Assembly: GCA_041674765.1 (NCBI GenBank)
Contig: JBAYVE010000001.1
Span: forward strand, 262,177-326,176
From: Patescibacteria group bacterium
GTDB lineage: Bacteria; Patescibacteriota; UBA1384; XYA2-FULL-43-10; 1-14-0-10-43-13
Direction of reading: 5' to 3'
Length of the DNA stretch: 64,000 bases
This document shows positions 47,254 through 57,091 of the stretch, one piece after another. The notes under the pieces were generated by a model. That model did not search any database and was not told where the DNA came from. It saw only the letters and a list, made by a program, of their open reading frames with translations. The stretch's first letter is position 1; every line of letters starts with the position of its first letter. Made by a program: the position numbers and the translations under genes.

Positions 47254-47445
47254 ATGATAAAAAAATATTTATGCATGAAAGAGGGAGAAGAATTTGTAAC
47301 TGAAGATGAGCACGAAGCGATGGATCATCTCGACTTGGGGATGGATCATGAAATTGTCGAGATAGAGATGCAAGATCACCGAGTTGAGAGTCATGTTCTC
47401 GGAAGAATCGCCGGTCCAGAAATAGAAGAAGAATATGAGGTTTGA
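47254..47445 (+). CDS. Small acidic His/Glu/Asp-rich protein (63 aa), translationally coupled to ku
   Basis: RBS AGGAAGGAG before the ATG; its TGA stop overlaps the ku ATG (TGAATG). Sequence MIKKYLCMKEGEEFVTEDEHEAMDHLDLGMDHEIVEIEMQDH... Confidence 0.5.
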   Translation: MIKKYLCMKEGEEFVTEDEHEAMDHLDLGMDHEIVEIEMQDHRVESHVLGRIAGPEIEEEYEV

Positions 47446-48228
47446 ATGAGAGCGATTTGGTCAGGTTCTATCAGCTTTGGGCTGGTCAATATACCGGTTA
47501 AGCTTTATAGCGCCGTAGGCGATGAACGTCTTGATTTTGATATGCTTCACAGGGACGACCTTTCACCAATTCGTTTCGCACGTTTTTGTAGGGTCGAGGA
47601 AAAAGAGGTCCCATATGAAGAGATAGTTAAAGGGTTTGAATACGAGAAAGGAAGATATGTTGTTATTACCGATGAGGATTTTGAACGCGCTAATGTTAGA
47701 GTAACGCATGCAATTGTAATCCTAGATTTCGTTGATCAGAATGAGATAGAACATAAATATTTCGAAAAACCATATTATTTGGAACCGGACAAGGGTGCAG
47801 ACCGCTCTTATGCATTAATGAGGGAGGCGTTAAATCGATCTGGTAAAATTGGGATTGGTAAATTCGTACTAAGAAATCGTGAGCACTTAATTGGATTGCG
47901 TTCCGAAAAAGGCATTTTGGTTTTGGAGCAGCTACGCTTTGCTAGCCAAATCAGAAAAACAGCGGGGCTGAATAAGGCTGATAATATTGAATTAGACGAG
48001 AGAGAGGTCGAGATGGCTCTAGATCTGATTAACCGACTCTCTCGACCTTTCAAAATCGAAGAATACAAAGATACATATACGAATGAGTTGAAGAAGGTGA
48101 TAGCAGAAAGAATTTCCGGAAAAACTCCTTCAGCTGTTGGTACTCCTCCATTGCCGACACCTGTTCCAGATTTGATGGAGATGCTTAGAAAAAGTTTAGA
48201 AGAACAAAAAGGGAAAAGCAGAACTTAG
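47446..48228 (+). CDS. ku: NHEJ DNA end-binding protein Ku
   Basis: MRAIWSGSISFGLVNIPVKLYSAV is the canonical bacterial Ku N-terminus. Confidence 0.85.
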   Translation: MRAIWSGSISFGLVNIPVKLYSAVGDERLDFDMLHRDDLSPIRFARFCRVEEKEVPYEEIVKGFEYEKGRYVVITDEDFERANVRVTHAIVILDFVDQNEIEHKYFEKPYYLEPDKGADRSYALMREALNRSGKIGIGKFVLRNREHLIGLRSEKGILVLEQLRFASQIRKTAGLNKADNIELDEREVEMALDLINRLSRPFKIEEYKDTYTNELKKVIAERISGKTPSAVGTPPLPTPVPDLMEMLRKSLEEQKGKSRT

Positions 48229-48267
48229 ATGCTTAGGACGAGAGGAATGAAATAGAATAAGGAGTCT

Positions 48268-49830
48268 ATGCCTTTCAAAGAATATGAGAAAAAACGAAAG
48301 TTTAGCTATACCCCGGAGCCAAAAGGCAATATAAGACCGAAAAAAGGCCAACTGACTTTTGTGGTACAGAAACACGATGCTTCTCATCTTCATTATGATT
48401 TAAGGCTTGAACTAAATGGAGTCTTAAAGAGCTGGGCCATACCCAAAGGGCCGACTATAAAGCCTGCTGGCAGACGTCTGGCGATGATGGTTGAAGATCA
48501 TCCCTATAATTATAAGGACTTCGAAGGCATAATCCCGGAAGGCAACTACGGTGCTGGCACTGTGATGATCTGGGATAAGGGACAATATCATGCCACATCA
48601 ACCGCTGATTCCACGGAAAGCGAAAATCAACTAAACGAAGGTCTAAAGAAGGGTCATTTGAGCTTTGTTTTGGAGGGCGAAAAGCTCAAAGGTGAATTTG
48701 CGCTGGTTCGAATGAAGAATGCTAGAGAACCGAATGCCTGGCTCCTAATAAAAGCGGATGATTCAGGATCGAGCGAAGAAGATATTTTGAAAAAAAATAA
48801 GTCAGTTCTCTCTGGCAAAACGATCGAGGAAATTGAAGGCCAGTCAGAGGACTTTTGGAATTCTCGATTAGGAGGAATTATTATCTCTGAGGCTCCTAAG
48901 GAAAAAATGCCAGACAGAGTTAGACCCATGCTCACAACATTTGTAGACTCGCCATTCAACGGCAAGGACTGGCATTTTGAGATAAAATGGGATGGCTATC
49001 GTATTATCGCATTTAGGGATCACGATAGTTTTCGGCTACAATCGCGAAATTTCAAATCATTAAATCAAAAATTCAAAGAAATTGTTACTGACTTACAATT
49101 ATTTCCACACCAGATCATCTTGGATGGAGAAGCTGTTGTCTTAAATCAAGAAGGTATGCCTGATTTTCAACTTCTTCAGGACTATGATAAAAGCCATAAC
49201 GGGCGCTTAGTTTTTTATGTTTTCGATCTTCTTTATCTGGAGGGACGTACCCTAGAAAGATGCCCATTGTCTATGAGGAGGGAAGTGCTGGAAAAGATTA
49301 TGCCCAAATGTCCATATATTAAAATAAGCGAGGCAATCATCGAGAAGGGCGAAGGTCTTTTCGATGCAATCAAACAAAAGGGACTAGAGGGAATGATCGC
49401 TAAAAAACTAGAAAGTCCATACCGACAAGGTGTTAGATCCGGAGATTGGTTAAAAATTAAAACTCATTTAGAGCAGGAGGTGGTGATCGGCGGGTACTCT
49501 GCGCCCGCCGGAAGCCGGATGTACTTAGGTTCATTAATTGTGGGAGTTTACGATCAAAAAAAACTAATTTATGTCGGCAGTGTTGGAACGGGGTTCGGCA
49601 ATATGGTTTTGAAGGAGTTGAAGAAAATGCTGGACAAAGAGATTATAAAGAGTTCCCCTTTCGCAAACATTAGTCATATAAAAGGGGCTACTTGGGTAAA
49701 CCCAAAGTATGTAGCAGAGATTAAATTTCAGGAGTGGACCAGAGATAATCTTCTTCGCCAACCGGTCTTCCTGGGTCTCAGGGAAGATAAGGATCCAGGA
49801 GAAGTAACCAAAGAAATTCCTAGTAAATAA
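48268..49830 (+). CDS. ligD: DNA ligase D (3'-phosphoesterase domain + ATP-dependent ligase domain)
   Basis: PE domain FVVQKHDASHLHYDLRLELNGVLKSWAIPKGPT; ligase adenylation motif I FEIKWDGYRII (KxDG) and downstream ligase motifs. Confidence 0.8.
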   Translation: MPFKEYEKKRKFSYTPEPKGNIRPKKGQLTFVVQKHDASHLHYDLRLELNGVLKSWAIPKGPTIKPAGRRLAMMVEDHPYNYKDFEGIIPEGNYGAGTVMIWDKGQYHATSTADSTESENQLNEGLKKGHLSFVLEGEKLKGEFALVRMKNAREPNAWLLIKADDSGSSEEDILKKNKSVLSGKTIEEIEGQSEDFWNSRLGGIIISEAPKEKMPDRVRPMLTTFVDSPFNGKDWHFEIKWDGYRIIAFRDHDSFRLQSRNFKSLNQKFKEIVTDLQLFPHQIILDGEAVVLNQEGMPDFQLLQDYDKSHNGRLVFYVFDLLYLEGRTLERCPLSMRREVLEKIMPKCPYIKISEAIIEKGEGLFDAIKQKGLEGMIAKKLESPYRQGVRSGDWLKIKTHLEQEVVIGGYSAPAGSRMYLGSLIVGVYDQKKLIYVGSVGTGFGNMVLKELKKMLDKEIIKSSPFANISHIKGATWVNPKYVAEIKFQEWTRDNLLRQPVFLGLREDKDPGEVTKEIPSK

Positions 49831-49897
49831 AGGTCAATATAAATAATAGTTATAAGGTGTTAAGAAATAAACATCCAAGCTAAATAGGATATCATAA

Positions 49898-50833
49898 ATG
49901 TCCAATAACAGTTTAATAGAACAACAAGGGAATCAGGAATTAGAAATTGAGGGCAAGATTTTAAAATTGACTAATCTTGGTAAGGTTTACTGGCCGGAGG
50001 AAGGTTTTACCAAGGGAGAACTTTTAAATTACTACTTACATGCTTCAGAGTTTATCCTGCCTTATCTTAGAGATCGACCCGAATCTCTGCATCGTTATCC
50101 TAATGGGATTAAGGGCAAAAATTTTTATCAAAAAAATGTCGACCACCAGTTTCCGGATTGGATAAAGACCGCCGATATTTATTCTGAGGGTGGAGACAAA
50201 ATCATAACCTATATGATCATCAATGATCTTCCCTCTCTCCTTTATGCTGTCAATCTGGGTTGTATCGATTTGAATCCTTGGAGCTCACGGCTTGGAACTT
50301 TGGATAATCCCGATTATCTTTTGGTTGATCTAGACCCTGAAACAATTCCTTTTGATTATGTGATCAGTACGGCTTTAGCGGTTCAAAAGATTTTGGATGA
50401 TTTGAAAATTGTTAGCTATCCGAAAACCTCGGGAGCTACCGGTATACATATTTATATCCCTATGCAAGCGAAATATTCGTATGAACAAGTAAGACAGTTC
50501 GCAGAGTTGCTTGTTGGCCTAGTCCATCAGGAAGTACCAGAATACACCAGCTTAGTTAGAACTGTGAAAGAGCGGCGGGGCAAAGTTTATCTTGATTGGT
50601 TACAAAACTCCTGGGGACAAACTTTAGCGGCTCCATACTGTGTTCGACCGAAGCAAGGTGCCACGGTCTCAACGCCGCTCGAGTGGAATGAAGTTCAAAA
50701 AGGATTGAGTCCTGGTGATTTTACAATCAAGAATGCAATGAGTAGATTCAAAAATAAGGGTGATATTTTTATGGGAGTCCTTAACTCAGGGGTTATAATA
50801 GAGGAAGTTCTATCTAAATTAAAACATGTCTAA
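49898..50833 (+). CDS. LigD polymerase/primase domain protein (NHEJ PolDom, archaeo-eukaryotic primase fold)
   Basis: KVYWPEEGFTKGELLNYY, LLVDLDP and YPKTSGATGIHIYIP match the LigD-Pol pattern. Confidence 0.75.
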   Translation: MSNNSLIEQQGNQELEIEGKILKLTNLGKVYWPEEGFTKGELLNYYLHASEFILPYLRDRPESLHRYPNGIKGKNFYQKNVDHQFPDWIKTADIYSEGGDKIITYMIINDLPSLLYAVNLGCIDLNPWSSRLGTLDNPDYLLVDLDPETIPFDYVISTALAVQKILDDLKIVSYPKTSGATGIHIYIPMQAKYSYEQVRQFAELLVGLVHQEVPEYTSLVRTVKERRGKVYLDWLQNSWGQTLAAPYCVRPKQGATVSTPLEWNEVQKGLSPGDFTIKNAMSRFKNKGDIFMGVLNSGVIIEEVLSKLKHV

Positions 50834-51162
50834 GAAGTCTTACCCCTCACCATTGTCAGCATCATTTTAAAAGGTTTTTTGGCAGTTAAGGAGTGAGGAT
50901 GATCCGCTGGCAAAATGATAATTTCGCCGCTTTTTGCTTCATGGGTTACTCCATCGATTGTAATTAGAGCTTCCCCGTCTATAATGTAAACCAGCGCTTC
51001 GTAGGGGGCAGTATGTTCGCTCAGGCCTTGGCCTTCACCGAAGGCAAATAGAGTAACAGTTCCTGCCTCGTGATTCAGCAAGGTCCGGCTGACGACTGCG
51101 TCTTCCTGATATTTGACTAAATCTTTAATTTTCTTAACTTCTCCTAGGCAATCTATGCTCAT
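50830..51162 (-). CDS. Cupin domain protein
   Basis: 110 aa beta-barrel pattern with GEGQGLSEHTAP...YIIDGEALITIDG...EIIILPADHPHSL. Confidence 0.55.
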   Translation of the reverse strand: MSIDCLGEVKKIKDLVKYQEDAVVSRTLLNHEAGTVTLFAFGEGQGLSEHTAPYEALVYIIDGEALITIDGVTHEAKSGEIIILPADHPHSLTAKKPFKMMLTMVRGKTS

Positions 51163-51180
51163 TTTATCTCCATTAAAAAT

Positions 51181-51480
51181 TCATTTTAATACTTGTAAAA
51201 GCCAATTTTCAAGTGTCTTATTTAAATTCTCTTCGAAGTCATGTGGAGAGATAGGTACGCTGTCATGGAAGATAACATAATGCTTAAAAAATTCTTTATT
51301 TGAATCTAGTCCGATTATATCGACAGAGGAGTTATAAAGATTGTTTTTGGTCCTTTCCCAATCGAATTTTAAAAAATAGCCTGATTGCCTAAAGCCGTCA
51401 TTAACTTTGTCAAAGCTTTCGTTGATTATTTTTTCAATATGTTTTTCGAACGTTTCATACTTTTGCTTACGATTGAACAT
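51181..51480 (-). CDS. Hypothetical protein (99 aa)
   Basis: ORF only; a TATAAT lies 7 nt upstream of the ATG on the minus strand. Confidence 0.35.
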   Translation of the reverse strand: MFNRKQKYETFEKHIEKIINESFDKVNDGFRQSGYFLKFDWERTKNNLYNSSVDIIGLDSNKEFFKHYVIFHDSVPISPHDFEENLNKTLENWLLQVLK

Positions 51481-51535
51481 ATAGTGATTATAGACATAAA
51501 AAATAACAATTTCTTTGGCATAAAATAAAATATAG

Positions 51536-51615
<80 letters not shown>

Positions 51616-51620
51616 ATCAT

Positions 51621-52298
51621 CTATCTCGGTGTGCCGTCGATATCGATCTTCATCAATTGGAAAGTGAGCGCTCCATTTAACGCCTTAATCTTTCCATTTT
51701 TATCGATCAGATAGCTTTGTGGTGTGCCTGAAACCCCGAGTTCTAGAGCTGATGCAATATCAGCTTCGACTTTGGAAGACGTTTCTTTGCTTTCAAGATC
51801 GGTTTTAAATCTGTCAATGTCGAGTCCAAGATCAACGGCATATCGCAAAATATCCTCTTCCCTAATTCCGGCTCCATCGGCTTTCGAATTTTCCATCATT
51901 TTATCGCTAAACTCCCAAAATTTGTTTTGTAGAGCAGCAGCTTCAGTAGCAATAGCTGCCTGATTTGAAAATTGATGTGAGGAAAGTGGAAAATGGCGGT
52001 AAATCCATTTAACCTTTTTGGGGTAGACATCCATCACTTCTAACATTGTTTTGTGAAATTTGACGCAGTATGGGCACTGGAAGTCAGAATATACAATAAT
52101 GGTGTTCGGTGCGTCTCTGTCTCCGCGGACTTGATCTTTCTCTAATAACTTGAGGACTTCACTTTTTTCGGCCGTAAGCTGACTATTCTCCTGATCGGTC
52201 TGGTATTCTTGATACCGGTTGAATAGGTTGATAAGAACAAAAATTCCAATTATCCCGGCTACAATCATAGTTCCTATTTTCATAATTTTGTTGTCCAT
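51621..52298 (-). CDS. DsbA-family thiol:disulfide oxidoreductase (membrane-anchored)
   Basis: N-terminal TM; thioredoxin active site FQCPYCVKF (CPYC). Confidence 0.7.
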   Translation of the reverse strand: MDNKIMKIGTMIVAGIIGIFVLINLFNRYQEYQTDQENSQLTAEKSEVLKLLEKDQVRGDRDAPNTIIVYSDFQCPYCVKFHKTMLEVMDVYPKKVKWIYRHFPLSSHQFSNQAAIATEAAALQNKFWEFSDKMMENSKADGAGIREEDILRYAVDLGLDIDRFKTDLESKETSSKVEADIASALELGVSGTPQSYLIDKNGKIKALNGALTFQLMKIDIDGTPR

Positions 52299-52394
52299 AA
52301 TCTTATTATATCGTAAATTGGCGTCCTATCAAATTGCCCAAAACTGGAAAAGTGATATATTATATTAAAGAAGTTATTAATCTTTGAGGAACTG

Positions 52395-53132
52395 ATGGAG
52401 AACATTTTAGAAGTAAAAAATTTACAAAAGTCCTATGGTCTTTTTCAAGCCGTTGATAAAATTAATTTTAAGGTCCCTAGGGGCGAAATTTTTGCACTGA
52501 TCGGACCAAACGGCGCTGGTAAGTCGACTACTTTAAAAATGGTGTCAACGCTTCTTTCTCCTTCAGGAGGTGAAATTAAGGTGGCTGGGTACGACATCAT
52601 CAAGGACGCCGATGCGGTTCGCCGTCAGATTAGCTATCTTCCCGAGGATTCTGGCGCTTATAAGAATTTGAAAGGTGGCGAGTATCTGGAGCTAATGGCT
52701 GGTTTGTATGCAGACAATTCAAAAAAGGCCGTTGAATTTGCAAAGAGAGGGAAGGAGATTTCTGGTCTAAATGAAAGGTTGAATAATAAAACAAGCACCT
52801 ATAGTAAAGGAATGGTTCGCAAACTTTTGCTTGCTCGGACAGTGATGATCGATCCAACTCTTGCAATTTTGGACGAACCGACAAGCGGTCTTGATGTTAT
52901 TAATGCAATGGAAATCCGGAAGATGATTAAAGGTCTTGCCAAAAAGGGGATGACAGTGCTTCTGTCCAGTCATAATATGCTAGAAATTGAATTCTTATCC
53001 GACCGAGTGGCAATTATCGACAGGGGCAAAATCCACGAAATTGGTACTCCGGCTGAGTTGAAGAAGAAATACGGCGTTTCAAATCTTGAGGAAGTCTTCG
53101 AAAAAGTAGTTGAGAAAGGGTTTGTGAAATGA
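52395..53132 (+). CDS. ABC transporter ATP-binding protein
   Basis: Walker A GPNGAGKST, signature LSGGM-like motif (YSKGMVRKL), Walker B ILDEPTSGLD, H-loop. Confidence 0.85.
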   Translation: MENILEVKNLQKSYGLFQAVDKINFKVPRGEIFALIGPNGAGKSTTLKMVSTLLSPSGGEIKVAGYDIIKDADAVRRQISYLPEDSGAYKNLKGGEYLELMAGLYADNSKKAVEFAKRGKEISGLNERLNNKTSTYSKGMVRKLLLARTVMIDPTLAILDEPTSGLDVINAMEIRKMIKGLAKKGMTVLLSSHNMLEIEFLSDRVAIIDRGKIHEIGTPAELKKKYGVSNLEEVFEKVVEKGFVK

Positions 53133-54394
53133 GAAAATTCTTGCTTTTAGTCAAAAAAGAGATAAAAGAATTGCTGACAGCACAGGTAATTTTGCCTTTA
53201 GTTTTTACTGCCTTACTCTTCCTCGTTATCGGAAATATTATGGGCAAAGAACAGGAAAAAGCGAAAAAGCCTCAGGAAGTCGCAGTTGTCAATGAAGATG
53301 GGGGAATGGTCTCAAATGTTTTGGTGGAGACATTAAAACAAAGCAGTTTAAATGTTGAATTGATGAGTGGCGATAATGCGCTCGAGTCGAGCCAAAAGGA
53401 GAATAAAGTTTCTCTAATCAAGATTCCGGCTGGATACTCTGAAAGCGTTCTCAACTCTGAGCCGAAGAAAATTGAGATTCATACATTCGTTCGGAATTTT
53501 TCAATGATAGGCGGTCAAAATTATGCTTCCGTGATGGCTGCAGTAGCCAAGGCAAACGAAGCAATCAGTAACAGTATTATTAGCGAGAGAGCTTCCGGTC
53601 TTGATCCTATTCAACTCAAAAACCCAATTCAGCCAGATGAATTTACTGTGGTTGGTGATAAACAAGCCAATATCAGCCCCAATGCCATTATGGGGTTTGT
53701 TACTCAACAGACAACTTTCATACCCATCATCCTTTTTATAGTCATTGTCTTTTCTTCACAAATGATCGCGACTGCTATAGCTACCGAGAAAGAAAACAAA
53801 ACTCTGGAAACCTTGCTTACAACTCCGGTAAATAGAAAAGTCATTGTGGTGGCCAAGATGGTGGGTGCTGGTTTTATCTCCCTTATCGCCTCTGTGTTTT
53901 ATATGTTTGGATTTAAATATTATATCGGCGGCTTAGCGGGTAATGTCCAAGCAACTGGTGATATTAACAATTTCATCGAGACACTGGGACTGACCTTTAC
54001 GCCGGAAGGATATATTCTGCTCGGGGTTAGCTTGTTCATCGGCATCTTGATTGCTCTTTCAATTTCACTGATTTTAGGAGCCTTTGCTGAGGACGTGAAG
54101 AGCGTGGCCGGTCTTACTTCACCGATAATGGTTCTAGTGATGATCCCTTATTTCCTAACGATGTTTTTAGATATCAATTCTTTGCCCAGTACCTTAAAAT
54201 ATATAACTTATGTGATCCCGTTCTCGCATGTTTTTCTGGCCGCACCTAATCTTTTTTTGCATAATTATGCAGGCGTGATTTGGGGGATATTATATCAGCT
54301 TATCTGGCTTATTATCGCCATCTTAATTGCCGCCAAGATATTCTCAACTGATTTAATTGTGACAATGAAGCTGAATTTCTCAAAGAAGAAATAA
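53129..54394 (+). CDS. ABC-2 family transporter permease
   Basis: N-terminal TM, large extracytoplasmic loop, then five C-terminal TMs; overlaps the ATPase gene by 4 nt. Confidence 0.6.
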   Translation: MRKFLLLVKKEIKELLTAQVILPLVFTALLFLVIGNIMGKEQEKAKKPQEVAVVNEDGGMVSNVLVETLKQSSLNVELMSGDNALESSQKENKVSLIKIPAGYSESVLNSEPKKIEIHTFVRNFSMIGGQNYASVMAAVAKANEAISNSIISERASGLDPIQLKNPIQPDEFTVVGDKQANISPNAIMGFVTQQTTFIPIILFIVIVFSSQMIATAIATEKENKTLETLLTTPVNRKVIVVAKMVGAGFISLIASVFYMFGFKYYIGGLAGNVQATGDINNFIETLGLTFTPEGYILLGVSLFIGILIALSISLILGAFAEDVKSVAGLTSPIMVLVMIPYFLTMFLDINSLPSTLKYITYVIPFSHVFLAAPNLFLHNYAGVIWGILYQLIWLIIAILIAAKIFSTDLIVTMKLNFSKKK

Positions 54395-54439
54395 CTTTTC
54401 AAGTTTTTAAAAAAAAAACGGTCTGGCCGAGGTGATACC

Positions 54440-54739
54440 TCAACCAGACCCCTGTTCAAGCTCCTGCAGCCGTTGCTCCTGTCCATCACACCAAACCAGG
54501 ATCTTTAGGTACTCTAACCGAATGCTTGGTATAAGGCTTTTGTTGCTATCTACCTTCTTGCAGATCTGCCGAATTTGCCTGATTTGATTGGTAGTAACTT
54601 TTTCCCTGGCGATGCGAACCAGGTATTCAAATCGATTATAATTGGTTATCTCTCCCCGGCGAGCGCCTTCGCCAAGCTCAGTTACAATCGTGTGAATTGG
54701 AACTACTCCGGCATGAAGTAGCCCTTGGAATTCTGACAT
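54440..54739 (-). CDS. Hypothetical protein in a GC-rich islet
   Basis: Strong RBS GGGGGGAGGG before the ATG (MSEFQGLLHAG...). GC is clearly above the local background. Confidence 0.4.
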   Translation of the reverse strand: MSEFQGLLHAGVVPIHTIVTELGEGARRGEITNYNRFEYLVRIAREKVTTNQIRQIRQICKKVDSNKSLIPSIRLEYLKILVWCDGQEQRLQELEQGSG

Positions 54740-54988
54740 AGTATTCCCTCCCCCCGATAAAGGCATATCAATTTTTGCCTATTTAATCAAATAAATCCAA
54801 GAGATCCGTTTGTGTGGAAGATTAGATCTTCGAGCCACATTTTATAAAGATCACTATCTTTATACCAAGCGGCATAATCGCTTGGCCTTGAAGCTTGAAT
54901 TGGTAAATTATGTATTGAGATAAGGAATAAAAAAACCGCCCTCCTTTTTCGAGGAGAGCGGGCGGTGACAGTTAATGGAGAAGACACT

Positions 54989-55363
54989 TCATTCGGCGAT
55001 ATCCCGTACAGTTTTTTCGCATAGCATACGGCATTCTTCGGAGCAACCATGCCAATACTGCCCACCGAAAAATATTATAGCCGAGTATCTGGATACTATT
55101 AGTTTTTCAACTCCATCCAGTGCCAGGACGGCGGCGATAAAAGTTATCGCTTCCGAACTGATTAGGTTAGTGCAGTTAAAGATCTCACCGGTCTCTTTCA
55201 TATAAGCCAGTGTTTGATCTGGAAATTGGATCACGTTCTCTGTCACGGTCAATTCACCGGCTCTGGATGCCGGCAATCCTTGCCAGGTCAAAAGGACGTA
55301 CCCGTTGCTCTGCGTGCAAACCAAGCTTTCCCGCAGGGTTTTACCCTGCGTTCCCTTTGTCAT
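54989..55363 (-). CDS. Hypothetical protein in a GC-rich islet (possible roadblock/LC7-like fold, weak)
   Basis: RBS GAAGGTGG before the ATG (MTKGTQGKTLRES...). Fold assignment is not secure. Confidence 0.35.
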   Translation of the reverse strand: MTKGTQGKTLRESLVCTQSNGYVLLTWQGLPASRAGELTVTENVIQFPDQTLAYMKETGEIFNCTNLISSEAITFIAAVLALDGVEKLIVSRYSAIIFFGGQYWHGCSEECRMLCEKTVRDIAE

Positions 55364-55533
55364 GTTCAACCACCTTCTTTCAACCAAGGCAAATGCCATT
55401 GGTTAGGGTTAACTTACTTATATCAAACCTTCAGTACCAAATGCAAAAATTACCAGCGATGATTTTTGCTTGGTAGTTTCTTACATGATTACTAGTTCTA
55501 CTTTTCGCATCCAAGGGGTTATCAAAATTTTCG

Positions 55534-56046
55534 TCACCTCTTCTGATTATAGAAGAGGGCTTCAATATGCTTTAATTCTGACCTCGGCTCCTCCAAGCTA
55601 ACACTCCTCATGATCTCACCTTTTTCGGTGTCTTCAAAAATAATTGTCCACTTGCCTTTGTCTTGATTGAACATACATTCAGGGAAAAACATATGATGAT
55701 GCCAAAATTTACCCTGTTTATTCAACTCTTTTGCCCGATCTATCATTGCCTGTACTTCTGGTGCCAGTTCAGTGTACTCATTATTTTCATTCTGAGCAAC
55801 CGAAGAGTCTCTGATCATATCTTCTTCATACAAAAGTTTTAACAAATTTTTGCCAAGTTCCGTCAAAGGCTTCGTCGAATATAAAACAAAGGATTCGTCG
55901 TCGGTAGTGTTTTCAAGCATCATCACGAAATCATTGCTCTGGTTTAATCGACAATCAGGCGTCAAGATATGAAAATGCCATTTTTTGCCTTTTTTCTTAT
56001 ATTCCTTTGCTAACTCTTCAATTTCTAGTTCAGTTATTTGAGTCAT
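55534..56046 (-). CDS. Hypothetical protein with an internal tandem duplication carrying a W-H-x-H-x-x-x-P-[DE]-C motif (possible metal site)
   Basis: KKGKKWHFHILTPDCRLNQSNDFVMMLENT and KQGKFWHHHMFFPECMFNQDKGKWTIIFEDT are clear internal repeats. Confidence 0.45.
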   Translation of the reverse strand: MTQITELEIEELAKEYKKKGKKWHFHILTPDCRLNQSNDFVMMLENTTDDESFVLYSTKPLTELGKNLLKLLYEEDMIRDSSVAQNENNEYTELAPEVQAMIDRAKELNKQGKFWHHHMFFPECMFNQDKGKWTIIFEDTEKGEIMRSVSLEEPRSELKHIEALFYNQKR

Positions 56047-56600
56047 GCTAGATCCTTTCCAATTTCTTGGAGTAATTCCTTAAATTCAGTGAATCCGGCC
56101 TTTTTGTTGAAATGACCGCATCTCGGCCGGAAGTTTAATTCTATACCTAGGTTTTCGGCCAGTTTCTTACCATTCTCGAGCCCAACATAAGGATCATCAT
56201 CAGAATGGAAAACAGTAAATTTTTTGCAGTTATTTTTAATTCTTGTCCAATTAAAAGGATGGCCGGTAAATGGCTGATCGCCTGACCAGTTTGTAATCGG
56301 AGGTATGCCGATCGGAGTAGCAACCAGAAAAGACGCTTTGACTGGCTTGTCTAAACTTTCGAGTACTCTTAATAAAAATGATCCACCAAGACTATGGCCG
56401 ATCAAAATTGTATCGGCACAAATCTTATCTCGATACTTATCAAAAACCTCAAACCAGGTCACAGGCGTTTGATTCTCCGGAGTAGGGAATTGTGGTATGA
56501 AAACTTTACACCCTTTTTCTTCTAATTTTCCCTTGAGCCATGGAAACCAATTCTCCTCCGGATAGCCACCGGTGCCGTGAAAAATGAATACATTTGCCAT
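56043..56600 (-). CDS. Serine hydrolase, YdeN/RBBP9 family (alpha/beta fold)
   Basis: VFIFHGTGGYPEENWFPWLK...ILIGHSLGG (GxSxG). Confidence 0.6.
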   Translation of the reverse strand: MANVFIFHGTGGYPEENWFPWLKGKLEEKGCKVFIPQFPTPENQTPVTWFEVFDKYRDKICADTILIGHSLGGSFLLRVLESLDKPVKASFLVATPIGIPPITNWSGDQPFTGHPFNWTRIKNNCKKFTVFHSDDDPYVGLENGKKLAENLGIELNFRPRCGHFNKKAGFTEFKELLQEIGKDLA

Positions 56601-56611
56601 AATATTTTCTC

Positions 56612-57091
56612 TTAATTTCTGATTAATAATTCGATGACGCTTCTATGAAAAGGATTGATATTATTTAGGTCTATTTTGCATAGATCAAACCATTCTATCG
56701 TTTCTACCTCTTCCATAGTCATTTTATTTTTGCGTTGTATTTTTGTGTCTATGTCGATGAGGGCAAAGTTAACCAGAGAATTATAAAATGAAGAGCTACT
56801 CATCGAATAAAAGCAATGCTTCTTTTGAAAAAAGTTTCCTCTGATTTCAGTGATTGAGTAGCCCGTCTCTTCCAACATTTCCCGCCTTAATCCTTGCTCT
56901 AACGTCTCGCCTTCCTCTATTTTTCCACCAGGAATTTCCCACTCAGGAAAATCTGGCGCCTTGATCAATAATATCTTGCCCTCCCTGATTGCGACACCGC
57001 AAACTGAAACACGCTTTATCGGCGCAATATCATCCGGTTTTATATGTTCATTGCCTAATCGATCGGTGTAAATATTATTTTGCATACTCAA
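56612..57091 (-). CDS. NUDIX hydrolase
   Basis: Nudix box GGKIEEGETLEQGLRREMLEETG. Confidence 0.8.
   Translation of the reverse strand: MSMQNNIYTDRLGNEHIKPDDIAPIKRVSVCGVAIREGKILLIKAPDFPEWEIPGGKIEEGETLEQGLRREMLEETGYSITEIRGNFFQKKHCFYSMSSSSFYNSLVNFALIDIDTKIQRKNKMTMEEVETIEWFDLCKIDLNNINPFHRSVIELLIRN

Noticed and set aside
54787-55065. 92-aa minus-strand ORF in the GC-rich islet
   Set aside because: It overlaps the better-supported 54989..55363 ORF by about 77 nt and has no RBS. Probably spurious, though one of the two overlapping calls could be wrong.
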